Part shown: one piece after another, positions 1 through 11,549 of the stretch | Position numbering within the stretch: the stretch's first letter is position 1 | Layout of the letters: each line of letters opens with the position of its first letter | Source of the DNA: Squalus acanthias | Lineage: Eukaryota | Direction of reading: 5' to 3' | Length of the DNA stretch: 64,000 nt | NCBI GenBank assembly: GCA_030390025.1 | Contig: CM059432.1 | Coordinates: 138,758,001-138,822,000, forward strand | Program-made: the position numbers and the translations under genes | Notes under the pieces: model-generated | The model's input: the letters and a program-made list of their open reading frames with translations, nothing else | What the model was told of the DNA's origin: nothing | Database searches by the model: none

Positions 1-420
1 CTATTTGAATAGATGAAGAAGATCATCTCCAGTATTATTTGCAAGTTAGATTAATGTTGATGTATACTGTCTGAATTATAACACTGTCTTTTAAATGAGG
101 GTCCCTAGATCCCTTGGGGCGTTATACTTAATACTGAGGAGGACTGCGACAAAATACAACATGTTCATAAACCTGCAGAATGGGCGTGTAAATAGCAAAT
201 TTATTTCAATATAGATAAGTGTGGCGTGGTGCATTTTGGTAGGAGGAATAAGGAGGTCACACAGTCCTTGGAAAATAAGGGCTCGATTTTAATTCCCGAG
301 GCGGGTTGGAGTCGGGTTGCGTGGTGGGCGGGTTCGGGAGCCACTTCCGGCGGGATCAGCTGCAGAGTTGCGATTTTTATTAAAGTACCTTGTTAATTTC
401 ATGGCGGCGCGCTGGCCGGT

Positions 421-486
421 CCAATGAGTGGGATCGGGTCGGCTGGCCGCCTCTGATGACGTCATAATAGCAGCTCCTTTTAAAGC
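421..486 (+). promoter_or_regulatory. Putative Harbinger Myb promoter: CCAAT, palindromic CRE/ATF site, TATA-like TTTAAAG
   Basis: CCAAT at 421, ATGACGTCAT at 456-465 and TTTAAAG near 479-486, 55-120 bp upstream of ATG 541. The same motif order occurs in copy B at 20219-20284. Confidence 0.45.
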
Positions 487-540
487 TGCCATCCAGCCTG
501 AGCCTTTCCATTGTGGTTTCCTGCACTTGATTTAAACGCT

Positions 541-2480
541 ATGACTTCTTCCAGAGGCAAGGCAGCTCCTCACTTTAATGATGAGTCCCTCCAAGTTCTT
601 CTGGATGCTGTCAGAGGGCGCAGGGAGATTCTCTTCCCTCCTGATGGCCGGAGGAAGCCTCCTCAGCAGACCAAGGCAGCCTGGCTGCGCATTGCTCAGG
701 TGGTGAGCACAAGGTCCATTTATGCACGCTCATGGATCCAGTGCCGCAAAAGGTTCAATGATCTTCTGAGAACATCAAAAGTGAGGATCCCATCTCACTT
801 GCCTTCACTCTGCTTCCCTTCTCTTCTCATCACCAGCACTCTGCGTTGTAAGCCTCCTCCTTCACATTCCACCTTACTCTTACTTCCCTTGCACCCTTTC
901 CTATCCATCTCTGTCTCTGCACTGAATCACTTCACCATCCTGCCTATGCACCCTTTAGACTCGCTCTCACTGTCATGCAGTGACAACAACTAACAACGCA
1001 CAGGGAGCTAGCTTCCTCTTGGCACCTTACCCCATCTTCGTCTCACTCAAAGCTTCTATGGTAGGGATTAATCACACTCACTCCATCACTGTGGCTGAAA
1101 CACCGCTTGTGTCCCTCCCTGCAGGAAAAGATAGCCCACAATAAGAGGGAGAGAGCACTGACTGGAGGAGGAACACCTACCCTTGCCACATTGACCAGTG
1201 CTGAGGAGGCAGCAAACGAGATTGTTGGAGCTGGCGAGGACCTGGAAGTGGGCGATGGAGAGATGGGCACACTAGAGGAAGCTGGTGACATAATAGATTT
1301 TCATCCCTCTCAGAAAGCAATGCAATATGATGTTCATAGAGAATCGCTTTGTATCATCTGCTCAAAAGGATGTGTCTACTACATCAATATCAGATGTCTA
1401 ATTCAAGCCTTTACTCTCCCACAGGACCACTGAGCGCCCCCTCCCCACGATCCAGGACGAAGAGCCGGACATCTCCTCAGAGGAACCTGAAGCCACTGAG
1501 GGACCAGCATCACCAGGACTCAGTGCACCCAGCACCAGCGCAGCAACGCACACCTCGGTGGGGCCTTCGCGAGTTACAGTAGTGTTGCCACCTGGTCTAT
1601 CACAGCGCACAAGTGAGCATCAGCAGATGGTGGAGACAGCGACAGCAGTGGAGAGTCCTCTGCAGAGGTCGCAGGACTCTCCTAGCTCTGCTGAGCTGCA
1701 TGCAGACGCTGTGCCTCTGGAGCCATCCAGAAAAAGAGCGGTTTGTGAAATACAGGAACAAGTGCAGGTGTCTCTGGAAGGGTTTGCCTCCAGGGTTAGT
1801 GCGAGTGTGAAGAGAATGGAGGAGTCCATCTCTAACATCAGCACTGCCGTGGTGGAGGCAATGGCGCATGAACGCACCACCATGGATAGGATGGCAACCT
1901 CCGTGGAAAGGATGGCTACCTCAGTGGAAAGGATGGCTACGGCCATGGAGGAAATAAGTCGCCAGAGTCAGGAAAACATGGTGACTGTTCAGAATAGACT
2001 GACGTCTCTGGAGGAGCGATGGGCAGCTATTGAGCAGAGACACCAGAGCTTCATGGACGTCCTTTTGAGGAGGACTGCCAGTGCAGATACGGGTCCTCAT
2101 GGCCCCCCTGAAGTCAGCAAGGTGCTGTCCTGCCACTTGCCAGCACTGAGGTGCGGCTGACCCATGAGAGGGATGTTGTTGGTAGGACAGAAGGAAGTTT
2201 GGGCTCCTCTCAAAGCGCTCACACGACCATGCCACTGCGGAGCCCTTGGTCAGAGACCCACTTTGCAGAGACAACTGAGATGGCTGTTTCAGCCCCTGCA
2301 CAGCCGCAGGAAGAGCAGACTGTTGAAGCGCCCTCCCAGGCTCCCAAACCCAGAGGACGCCCGCCAAAGGTGTCTAAGCAGGCGCAGCATCCTAGTCAGC
2401 AAGGTGCCTCTACATCTGCTGAAGCCACAGGGGAAGCACCACGTAGAAGCACGCGTAAGAGAAAGATTAAGCGCCTATAG
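541..2480 (+). pseudogene. Harbinger Myb/SANT-like (MSANTD/NAIF1-type) DNA-binding protein gene; 3 exons (541-780, 1125-1284, 1425-2480); two apparent frameshifts in exon 3
   Basis: Exon 1 reads APHFNDESLQVLLDAVRGRREILF...AWLRIAQVV...RSWIQCRKRFNDL. GT donors at 781 and 1285; AG acceptors at 1124 and 1424. Exon 2 has EKIAHNKRERALTGGG. Exon 3 aligns to copy C with frame changes near 1430-1445 and 2113. The C-terminus has KPRGRPPK and RRSTRKRKIKR. Confidence 0.85.
1882..1950 (+). repeat. Coding 21-bp tandem repeat (heptad RMATSVE, about 3 copies) in Harbinger Myb exon 3
   Basis: Translates as MDRMATSVERMATSVERMATAMEE. Confidence 0.85.
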
Positions 2481-4544
2481 TCACAAGGGGACTCACTTGG
2501 GTGATGTTTCTTTTTTTTCCTGACTGTTGCTGGTATATTTTGTCATGTGTTAAAGATAAATTATGTCAAACAGTTGATTGTGTGGCCTATGTGTTCTGGG
2601 AAATGGCAAAAGCACATTGAGGGCTCAGGGCGACTTGCATTTGTAATGCTGATGGTAAAAGTGATAGGAAATAAGAGGGTATAGCAGAGATGAAGTATGA
2701 TGTTGGACAAGTGTCGCCTGCAATTACAGAGCCATATGGTGGCCACCTATGGTCGAAGAGTAAGCTTATGCTAATGTGGCATGGCAGTGTGCATACCCTG
2801 GTTGACGGGCAGCAGTGAACTGGAGGGATGCTACATTGGTCACAACAGGGCATGCAAGGCTCCTCTCATCTTCCCCTACTTCTCTTCCCAGGAAGATCTG
2901 TAGTGAGCTACGCGGCTGCTACTCCCCCGATTAGAGGACCAGGATGAGAGGGCATAAATGTTTCCCATCCCCTTGCTATAGATTTCATTTGAGGTAACAA
3001 TCTTGCAAGCACACAGTCGAAGCAGCCTGAAATATTTCCATTCATGACACACTGCAGATGGGTGTCAGCATAAACAGTCAGAAGGTCAGTAGATGTGCAA
3101 AATGTTATCCCAAACCTACAACAGCAAAGTTGTTGCATTTGAATGTCAGCCATGTTTCAGGGGCGCTTTTAAAGCGCTCCACCAATGCACACAAATCATG
3201 TCCTCCAGCAACTCGTCGCCTTGAACCTGGCCTGTTTCTGACAAGTCGGGAAACAGGAGCCAGAAGCAAGAAAATGGGAAACCACGATGAAAATAGGATT
3301 AGCAAGGCAGTTAAACAGGCTGTTAACCGCCTTAACTACCTGTCCCACCGTTTGGAGACGAGTCAGTTTGGGAGCAGCTGAACAGACACTCAGGAAAATT
3401 GGGTGGGGGCGGGTTGGGTGTCTGAATCATTTTTCCCGATTTTCCCAACAGACCCGCCTCCTCAGGGCAATTAAAATCAAGGTCCAAGAGTCTAAATGGG
3501 TAGAGGAGCAAAAGGATCTGGGGGTACAGATCATCAAAAGTAACAACGCAAGTTAACAAGGCCATACAAATGCAAACAAAGCACTGGGGGTATTTTCTGG
3601 AGAAATAGAACTGAAAAGCAGGGAAATGATGTTAAGCTTGTATAGAACCTTGGTTAGACCACACTTAAGAGTGCTGTGCACAGTTCTGGTCTCCATATTA
3701 TAAAAAGGATAGAGAGGCACTGGAGAAGGTGGAGAAAGGGTGTACAGGGATGATACGAGAACTGAGAGGTTATAACTATCAGGAAAGACTGAACAGGCTG
3801 GGGCTCTTTTCTAGAGAAAAGACCAGGCTGTGGGGTGATCTAATAGGGGTCTTTAAAATTATGACCGAGTTTGATAGGGTAAACGTAGAGAGGATGTTTC
3901 CACTTGTGCGGGAGACCAAAACTAGCGGCCATAAATGTAAGATAGTCACTAATAAATCCAATAAGGAATTCTGGAGAAACTTCCTTGCTCAGTGTGGTTG
4001 GAATGTGGAACTCGCTACCACAGGGAGTAGTTGAGGCGAATAGCATAAATGCATTTAAGGGGAAGCTAGATAAACACATGAGGGAGAAAGGAATAGAAGG
4101 ATATGCTGATAGGGTGAGATGAAGTATGGTAGAGGAGGTCGTGTGGGGCATAAACGCCGGCATAGACCTGTTGGGCCGAATGGCCTGTTTCTGTGCTGTA
4201 AAATTTGATGTGATTCTATGTAAGGATTTGTGGCAGAACAGACTAAGAAGCAAGTTATCATGCTTTAACAGCCTCCACAAAGGGATATCCTGTAGCCATG
4301 CAATGCTGTGCATAGATATCTATAATCACTACATACCCTGCGAAACAAACACTTGTTATGTATCTCACACATATTACAGGAGCTGGACCCCATTTGTCTG
4401 TAGCTGGACAACATTTATACAGCTGCTGTACCCAACACAGATGTTACACAGATGAGCACCAATACTCCATTACCAACGCAGGTTCTCCTGCTCTTAATTA
4501 AAAGATCATCTGCTGTGTTGGTGGCTGTGCATCTTAGTTTACTG

Positions 4545-4745
4545 CAGAGGACTGTGGATGCTCAGTTGTTCAGTATATTCAAGGCCGAGATCGATAGATT
4601 TTTGACACTAAGGCAACCAAGGGATATGGAGATTGGGCGGGAAAGTGGAGTTGAGGAAGAAGATCAGCCATGATCTTATTGAATGGCGGAGCAGGCTCAA
4701 GGGACCATATGGCCTACTCCTGCTCCTAATTCTTCTGTTCATGGT
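4545..4745 (+). mobile_element. CR1 LINE 3' end
   Basis: FKAEIDRFL motif and tail CAGCCATGATCTTATTGAATGGCGGAGCAGG...GGCCTACTCCTGCTCCT. Confidence 0.8.
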
Positions 4746-5124
4746 TGGAAAAAAAAATACTCTCAACCAGCCTGAGATGAGCTACCTCTCGGTTTAGGTG
4801 AGCTGGGGGAAAAGGCTCAATGAAAACGTTGTTTCTTCCTCAATCTCCAATCCTTCATTGTCTTTTTTTTCTGCTTCTCTTGTGGCTTTGTTGCAGCTCT
4901 TCCCCACTCACTCAGTAGGTCCTCAGCTATCCTAAATGTGTCATTTATTCCTCTTCGGTTTTAACTCCTCTGGTTAAACCTCAAAATAAAAGGCTTTGTT
5001 TGGCAACTGAAAGGTAGTTTAGGAATTTGTCGGAAAATAATATTCTACTTGGCCCATAGACTGTCTCTCCTGTTTGTTGATTTGTCATCTCCCTGTCTCG
5101 TACCCTGTGGAATGCACCATTTTA

Positions 5125-5575
5125 CATAGAATGTACAGCACAGAAACAGGCCCTTCGGCCCAATTGGTCTCTACTGGTGTTTATGCACCACATGAGCCTC
5201 CGCCCACCTTACTTCATCTCACCCTATTAGCATAACCTTCTATTCCTTTCTCCCTCATGTGTTTATCGAGCTTCCCCTTAAATGCATCAATGCTATTTGC
5301 CTCAACCACTCCCTGTGGTAGCGAGTTCCACATTCTCCTGAATTCCTTATTGGCTTTATTAGTGACTATCTTATATGTATGGCCCCTAGTTTTGGTCGCC
5401 CCACAAATGGAAGCATTTTCTCTACGTCTACCCTATCAAACCCCTTCATAATTTTAAAGACCTCTATCAGGTCACCCCCTCAGCCTTCTCTTTTCTATCT
5501 TTCTGTTCAATCTTTCCTGATAATTATAACCACTCAGTTCTGGTATCATCCTGGTGAATTTTTTGCACCTTCTTC
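5125..5575 (-). mobile_element. CR1 LINE 3' fragment
   Basis: Reverse-complement tail CATAGAATGTACAGCACAGAAACAGGCC followed by degenerate ORF2 end. Confidence 0.8.
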
Positions 5576-6444
5576 AAGAAGTTTTTGCCCCCTCGACAAG
5601 AGAGTGGGCATGCAGCTCCCAGTCCTTTGTCAATGCCACTGAGAGACCACAGGTGGCGAGAGCAGTCTCAGCGTGCTCAGCCATTTTTCTTGCTGCCCTT
5701 CCTCGAGATTAGCCACTCAACTGTACAAGGATGCGGTGGGGCAATGCAGACAGTGTTTCAGTAGTGTTGTGAGTAGGGAGCCATGGTTACGCTGTGTATG
5801 CTATTGTGGAGTGTGTAGGTTTAGGGGGCTATCTGGCAGACTTCAGCCAGGTGCTGATACCAAGCATAAATGATGCAACACCACCTCTTGGGACACTGGG
5901 TATACACTGTGCTTTTTTTTGGCAACAACAGGAGCAAAATCTTGGCACAGCCACAGTACCAAAGGTGCAGTACATTGGTTGCATCAGAAACACCATGAAG
6001 TTATTGCCTGTGCTATCGAAACAGCTCTCATAATTTCTTCAGACTCAGTTATTCACCATTGCTCAGCACAAGAGAAATTAAGTTGAAGAAATAATTTACT
6101 TCCAGATTTCATAAGAAACATATTTTTAATGTGGGGTCGACGATTTAATAAGAAACTACGCAATTTTAAAAAAATTACATAAAAGCTTGTTCTGACTCAG
6201 ACATTCTCATGCAGCCAGTTTATTATTTAAGAATTTAATTGAGATAGAAATTAGGCCAAATAAAAAAACGATGTGGGTTGAGAAGAATTATTGAGGACTG
6301 TCTAAAAACTTAGCAATATTGTGTCAGGAGCCTCTTTAAACGGAGGGAAATGGTTCCAGACCTGGACTAGGTGTAGCTGAAAAACTCCAAAGGAACACTG
6401 CAGCACGACCACTCTCCTGTAGCTCCAGGTTAACATCCCATCTG

Positions 6445-7045
6445 CTCTACCTAAACCTCTCCGCTTCTCTCTCTCTCTTCCTTTAAGACGCTCCTTAAAA
6501 CCTAACTTGAATGGAGAAGGCCGAGGGGTGAACTAATATAGTTCTTTAAAATTATGAAGGGTTTAGACAGAGAGAGAGAATGTTTCCACTTGTGGGGAAG
6601 AGCAAAATAGAGGCGATCAATAGAAGATGATCTGCAAGAAATCCAGTAGGGAATTCAGAAGAAACTTCTTTATCCAGAGAGTGGTGAGAATGTGGAACTC
6701 GCTACCACAGAGAGTGGTTGAGGTGAATAGTATAGATGTATTTAAGGGGAAGCTAGATAAGCATATGAGGGAGAAGGGAATAGTGGGTTATGCTGATAGA
6801 GTTAGATGAGGAAGGATGGGAGGAGGCTCCAGTGGAGTATAAACACCGGCATGGACTGGTTGGGCTGAATGGCCTGTTTCTGTGCTGTATATTCTATGTA
6901 ATACCTCTTTGACCAATCTTTTGGTCACTTATCCTAATATCTCCTTTTGTGGCCTGGTGTCAAATTTTGTCTGAAGACACTTCTATGAAGCGCCTTGGGA
7001 CGTTTTACTACGTTAAAGGCACTAAGTAAATGCAAATTGTTGCTA
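6445..7045 (+). mobile_element. L2-type LINE 3' end interrupted by a CR1 3' fragment (~6507-6901)
   Basis: CCTAAACCTCTCCGC...TTTAAGACGCTCCTTAAAACCTA, then the CR1 tail, then CCTCTTTGACC...GCGCCTTGGGACGTTTTACTACG. Confidence 0.8.
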
Positions 7046-8544
7046 TGTAGAGCACACACAATACTTGTTTCACCATCCAAGTAGAGACCTCCACACAAAT
7101 AACAGGATACTTAAGCAGTAACAACAACTAACGCTACACGTACACCTAAGGTTCCTCTTCAAAACTGTTCCAATCTACAGCGTAAATAAAGAAAAGGAAA
7201 CTCTGCAGGGTTCTGGCAGCTAGTCTCCACTAGGAAGTGCCTATCCCCCACTTAGTAGGTTCCATGCAAGTTTTTCCAGGTCTCTGTAACCATGTGGGGA
7301 ACCTGATACGTCCTCACAAGGATAATAAAACAAGCACACACATTCTAAATCAGCAATAGCTCATTAAACAGCATTCATCAATAGTTAATACTTAGGGGAC
7401 TGCAGTAACTCTTTTTGCACAAGTCTAAAATATAACAAGACTTGCTTTATATTAAAAAAAAGTTTATAGCGGGACTATTACGAGTGAAAGCATGTTGTGT
7501 AAGTCTGTATATTTTCCTATTGTATTATATTATTAGAAATTTGCAGCAAATGTATTTTTTGCAGATGTTACCTGAACTAAAAAGCTTTTCCTATTTTGAA
7601 AGATCAAAAGTTGTTTCTGCACTTGAGGACCAAGCAGTAATGTTTCATACAAACTGGGATGTCTCAATATCACACACATGATTTGGAAAAACAAAAATGC
7701 AGTCCAAATGTCTGTTTTTTTTAAAAAAAACACACCTTTTTAAAGTTCACTTCTCTCTAGTCTCTCCACGTAACTGAAGTCCTTGGTACCATTCTAGTAA
7801 ATCTCCTCTACACTCTCTCAGAAGGGGAGATGCTTCACCAACACAATGAGATATCCCACCTTGGCCCAGAACTGACCCAATGAATCCTAACCTGGGACTG
7901 CCAGATTGAACTGGTAGGTTGAGCCAAGTTACATCACTGGGGAACACAACAATGCAAAGGGACTGCCTTAAACCACTACGCTATCGTAGCATTACATGTG
8001 TGCAAACCACCCCGGCCCCTGAAGACAGGCTCAAAACTGCTTCAACCCACCGCTCCCCTCCTTCAGCTCAGCTGCAAAGTGAACACTTAGCTTGGCTCAA
8101 AGTTTCCACTTTGTGTGCCAGAGCTTTCTAATCCCCAAACCAGGAAAGCTTGGGTCTGGCTCAGTTCAACCCATGTCCAGATAAGTTCCAACTTCAGGAC
8201 CAGATGTATGCACTTTTCTTCGACAGCACCCTTCAAACAAACCTTCTTTTAAGCATGTGACTATGTTTAGTGTTGAGAAAAAAATGGGCTGAACGTGGCA
8301 AGGATCTAAATTGTTTCCAAATTCTGTGAAAATCAATTGTTTCTATCAGGAATTTAAAATATGCGCACGTGTAACAAGAAATCTAGTGGGGGTTGTTTTT
8401 AACATTTTATTTAAAGATTCTTGTAACAGTCAAAATAAGTTGAGACTGTGAAAACCACAACGATAAAGGGAAAAATATATAATACGTCAACAATTCCCAA
8501 ATGATGACGACAGCTGTGGTTACAATACATACCGCACTGGCAAT

Positions 8545-9605
8545 ACGATATGAAACCTGATTACAAAACTGAGGTCAATAGGGGTCAATGGGAAAACGCT
8601 TCAGTGGCTGGTGTGAGACCTGCTGTAAAGAAAGATGGATATGGTTGTCAGAGGCCAATCATCTCAGCCGCAGGACATTCGCTGCAGGTGCTCCTCAGGG
8701 AAGCCTCTTTGGCCCAACACTCTTCAGCTACTTCATCAGTAACCTTCCCTCTGTCACAAGGTCAGGAGTTGCGTTGTTTGCTGATGATTCTGCAGTGTTC
8801 AGCTCCATTTATAACTCCTCTAATAATGAAGCGGTTCATGCCATTCACAGCATCTTACAACAGGACCCGGACAACATCCAGGCTTGGGTTGACAAGTGGC
8901 AGATAACACAGACACCACATAAGTGCCGGCAATGACCATCGCCAACAAGAAATAGCCCAATTCCTCTCCCCTGACCTTCAGTGGAACTGCCATCAACATC
9001 CGAGGGGTCACCATTGGCCAGAAGCTTAACTGGACTAGTCACATCAACACCATGGCTAAAAGAGCAAAGCAGAGGTTGGATGCTCTGCAAAGGATGGCTC
9101 ACCTCCTGACTCTTCACCATCTCCAAGGTTCAAGTCAAGAGTATAATGGAGTACTCACCATGTGTGTGAATGGTGCAGCTGTGACAGTCAAAAGCAATCC
9201 ACTTGATAGATGCCCCTTCCACTGGACTCAGTATCCACCACTGCCACACTGCACTTGACGCATACATTACTTACAGGGTACAGTACTGCGACTTCCCAAT
9301 CTTACTTCAACTGCACCCGTCAGCCCTGCGCTTTCTTCCACAAAGAACAAGAGCAGCAACGTTATGGCAACGCCATCGCCTCCAAGTAACATGCCATCCA
9401 GACTTGGACATGTACTGCTATTCCTTCATTGTTGCTGGGTCAAAATCATGGAATTTCCTACCTAACACCACCATTGTGGGAGCACCATCATCATAAGGAC
9501 TGCAGCGGTTCAAGGAGAAGGCCCACCACCAGCTGCTCAAGGCAAGTAGGGATGGGCAATAAACGTGACCTTATCAGTATTTCCCAGATCCCAAGAACAA
9601 ATCAA
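8545..9605 (+). mobile_element. CR1-group LINE, second family (family B), degenerate 3' part
   Basis: AAGAPQGSLFGPTLFSYFISNLPS...LFADD RT motifs; GSKSWNFLPN; tail GGGATGGGCAATAAA shared with 63400-63465. Confidence 0.8.
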
Positions 9606-9726
9606 AGAAACTGATAAAAAGATTAAAATTACTCTAAAACTAGCAAGGTTCTTGGGAACCGGGTTCTCGAGCTGGCTCTACTGGGCTGTTCCTGAAATTT
9701 GTCATGTTCATCATCGTTCTCCAAGG

Positions 9727-10176
9727 TGTCAGCCGTGGCTCAGTGGGTTCTCGCCTCTGTGTCAGATGGTTGTGGGTTCAAGTCCCACTCCAGAGACTTG
9801 AGCACATAATCCAGGCTGACACTCCCAGTGCAGTACTGAGGGAGTGCTGCACTGTCGAAGGTGCCGTCTTCAGATGAGACGTTAAACTGAGGCCCCATCT
9901 GCTCTCTCAGGTGCACATAAAATATCTCACGGTGCTATGAGCAGCGCCGTTCTCCTGGCCAATATTTATCGCTCAACCAACATCACTAAAAACAAATTAT
10001 CTGGTCATTAGCACTTTGCGGCTTGTGGGAGCTTGCTGTTCGCAAATTGGCTGCCGTGTTTCCTGCATTACAACAGTGAATACAACTTCAAAAGTACTTC
10101 ATTGGCTGGAAAGCTCTTTGGGCCGTCCTGAGGTTGTGAAAGGCGCTATATAAATGCAAGTCTTTCTCTCTTTCTT
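9727..10176 (+). mobile_element. tRNA-derived Deu-domain SINE (SacSINE1/AmnSINE1-like)
   Basis: A box TGGCTCAGTGG, B box GTTCAAGTCC, Deu-like core GATGAGACGTTAAAC.GAGG, tail AAAGGCGCTATATAAATGCAAGTCTTTC. Confidence 0.85.
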
Positions 10177-11373
10177 TGCGGTCTTTGTACTGTACTCCAA
10201 AGCTGCAGTATTATGGCATTCAGTTAGGTTACTCCATTTGTTAGTTACTGAGGATTCATGAATTTCTCAGCCCTCAATCTGACCATCACCGGGAAATGTC
10301 TGCATTGATTGACACCACTTTGCTGCAACATTTTGCATGGTTCCTATAATGTTAAAATCAATACAAAATCTGGTTTGGCTATCACAAATATTTATACAAA
10401 TAAGACCGTAAATGAAGTAGGACATCACCATCCCAAGGGGTTTGGCAAGCTTCTGTTTCTCTGGGGAGAAAGACCCATGTGTTGTTTTCATCAAATGCAT
10501 TTGCTAAATTTCAGCATGATTTACAGCACTGAATTGTAAATTTTCAAATAATTGACAAAATAAAAAAAATTGGCAAACACTTCTTCGAAAACATTGCCCT
10601 TTTTAAACTACAGATTGCACAACAAATGGAATTTGTATAATTATGACTTTGGAGTTTTAAAATAAAATTATTAAACTATAAGAGGTCAGTCGTGTAGATG
10701 CCAGCCAGCTCAAGGTTTAGAAATCTAATTTTAAGAGGCATTCACTGGGTGTTTGTTTATTGGCCTGTGCAGCATTTCTTACCTGTAATCTGGGAGATTT
10801 TGGGATTGGCTACAAGCAGGCTTTCTATAAGGAAAGAGGGGTTACCACATAAAACAGAAGGATCCCAAAACTTCCAAGGGACTAAAATATAATATCCATT
10901 GGTTACCGAAGAACGAATATATTTAGTAACGCCCAGCATTATATGAAGAGTGTTTAAATAAAACACAACTGGGTGATACCAAGTCACACAATTCAAGAGT
11001 CCATAGGATGCGAGTTATTTAGGCCCACCTCACTTAGTTTTATCTTTCTGACAAATGCATGATTCCAGCTCTACATTATTGACAACACACGTCATTGTGG
11101 TATTACTTGTCAGATATAAAAATGGATCCATTTTTATGTCAAAATATTCCAAAGTTTCAGCACTTTTGGATTGGCAGGATGAGGAAGATTGCGCATCTGA
11201 CACTGGGTGATATTGACTTTCGCTGCTGTGTTCAATGCCAAGTCTCAGTTAGCCTTGAGCTGAGGGAGTGACACCAGGAGACAGCAAGATATCAAGATAC
11301 AGGTTGTAGCAAATGCCTACAGCAAGATGGTATATGCATTCCAGGAAGTAAAGCTGCAAACTGCTTAAACACC

Positions 11374-11395
11374 GGGGGGGGGGGGGGGGGGGGGG
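11374..11395. repeat. Poly-G tract (22 G)
   Basis: Read directly from the sequence. Confidence 0.9.
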
Positions 11396-11549
11396 TGCAG
11401 TGTTAAGTCGAGACTAGGATATAAAGGAGCAACAACAAGATGGAATGGATAGGAGGGAAAGAAATGGAAGCAGGAGTGGGTGCGCAAGACAGTGAACACA
11501 ATTTGAACATTTTACTATTCAGACATAAGATGAAGGCTTGGCTGCTAGT

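Larger units (their letters stand above)
279..3484 (+). mobile_element. PIF/Harbinger DNA transposon, non-autonomous (Myb gene retained, transposase deleted); copy A
   Basis: Left TIR GGGCTCGATTTTAATT at 279 pairs imperfectly with AATTAAAATCAAGGTC ending at 3484. The 3-bp TSD is TAA (276-278) / CAA (3485-3487). Removing the element rejoins a CR1 ORF2 segment (HFGRRNKEVTQSLENK|SLNG-EEQKDLGVQI). It contains a Myb/SANT gene. Confidence 0.9.
115..4222 (+). mobile_element. CR1 LINE 3' fragment, split by Harbinger A (pieces ~115-278 and 3485-4222)
   Basis: Degenerate ORF2 C-terminus (ERLNRLGLFS, DLIGVFKIM, RMFPLV) and CR1 tail GGGCCGAATGGCC...ATTCTATG. Confidence 0.85.

Noticed and set aside
511..993. 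160-aa ORF as a stand-alone host Myb gene
   Set aside because: Homology ends at the GT donor at 781; the rest is intron read-through, and the gene lies inside TIRs.
3840..4313. Antisense ORFs over LINEs (also 12456-12869, 40243-40716, 49385-49912, 62277-62756)
   Set aside because: These are shadow frames opposite CR1/RTE coding sequence with no independent protein signal.
5645..5660. CTCF-like motif ACCACAGGTGGCGA
   Set aside because: The 5' half mismatches the consensus; a single partial match is expected by chance.
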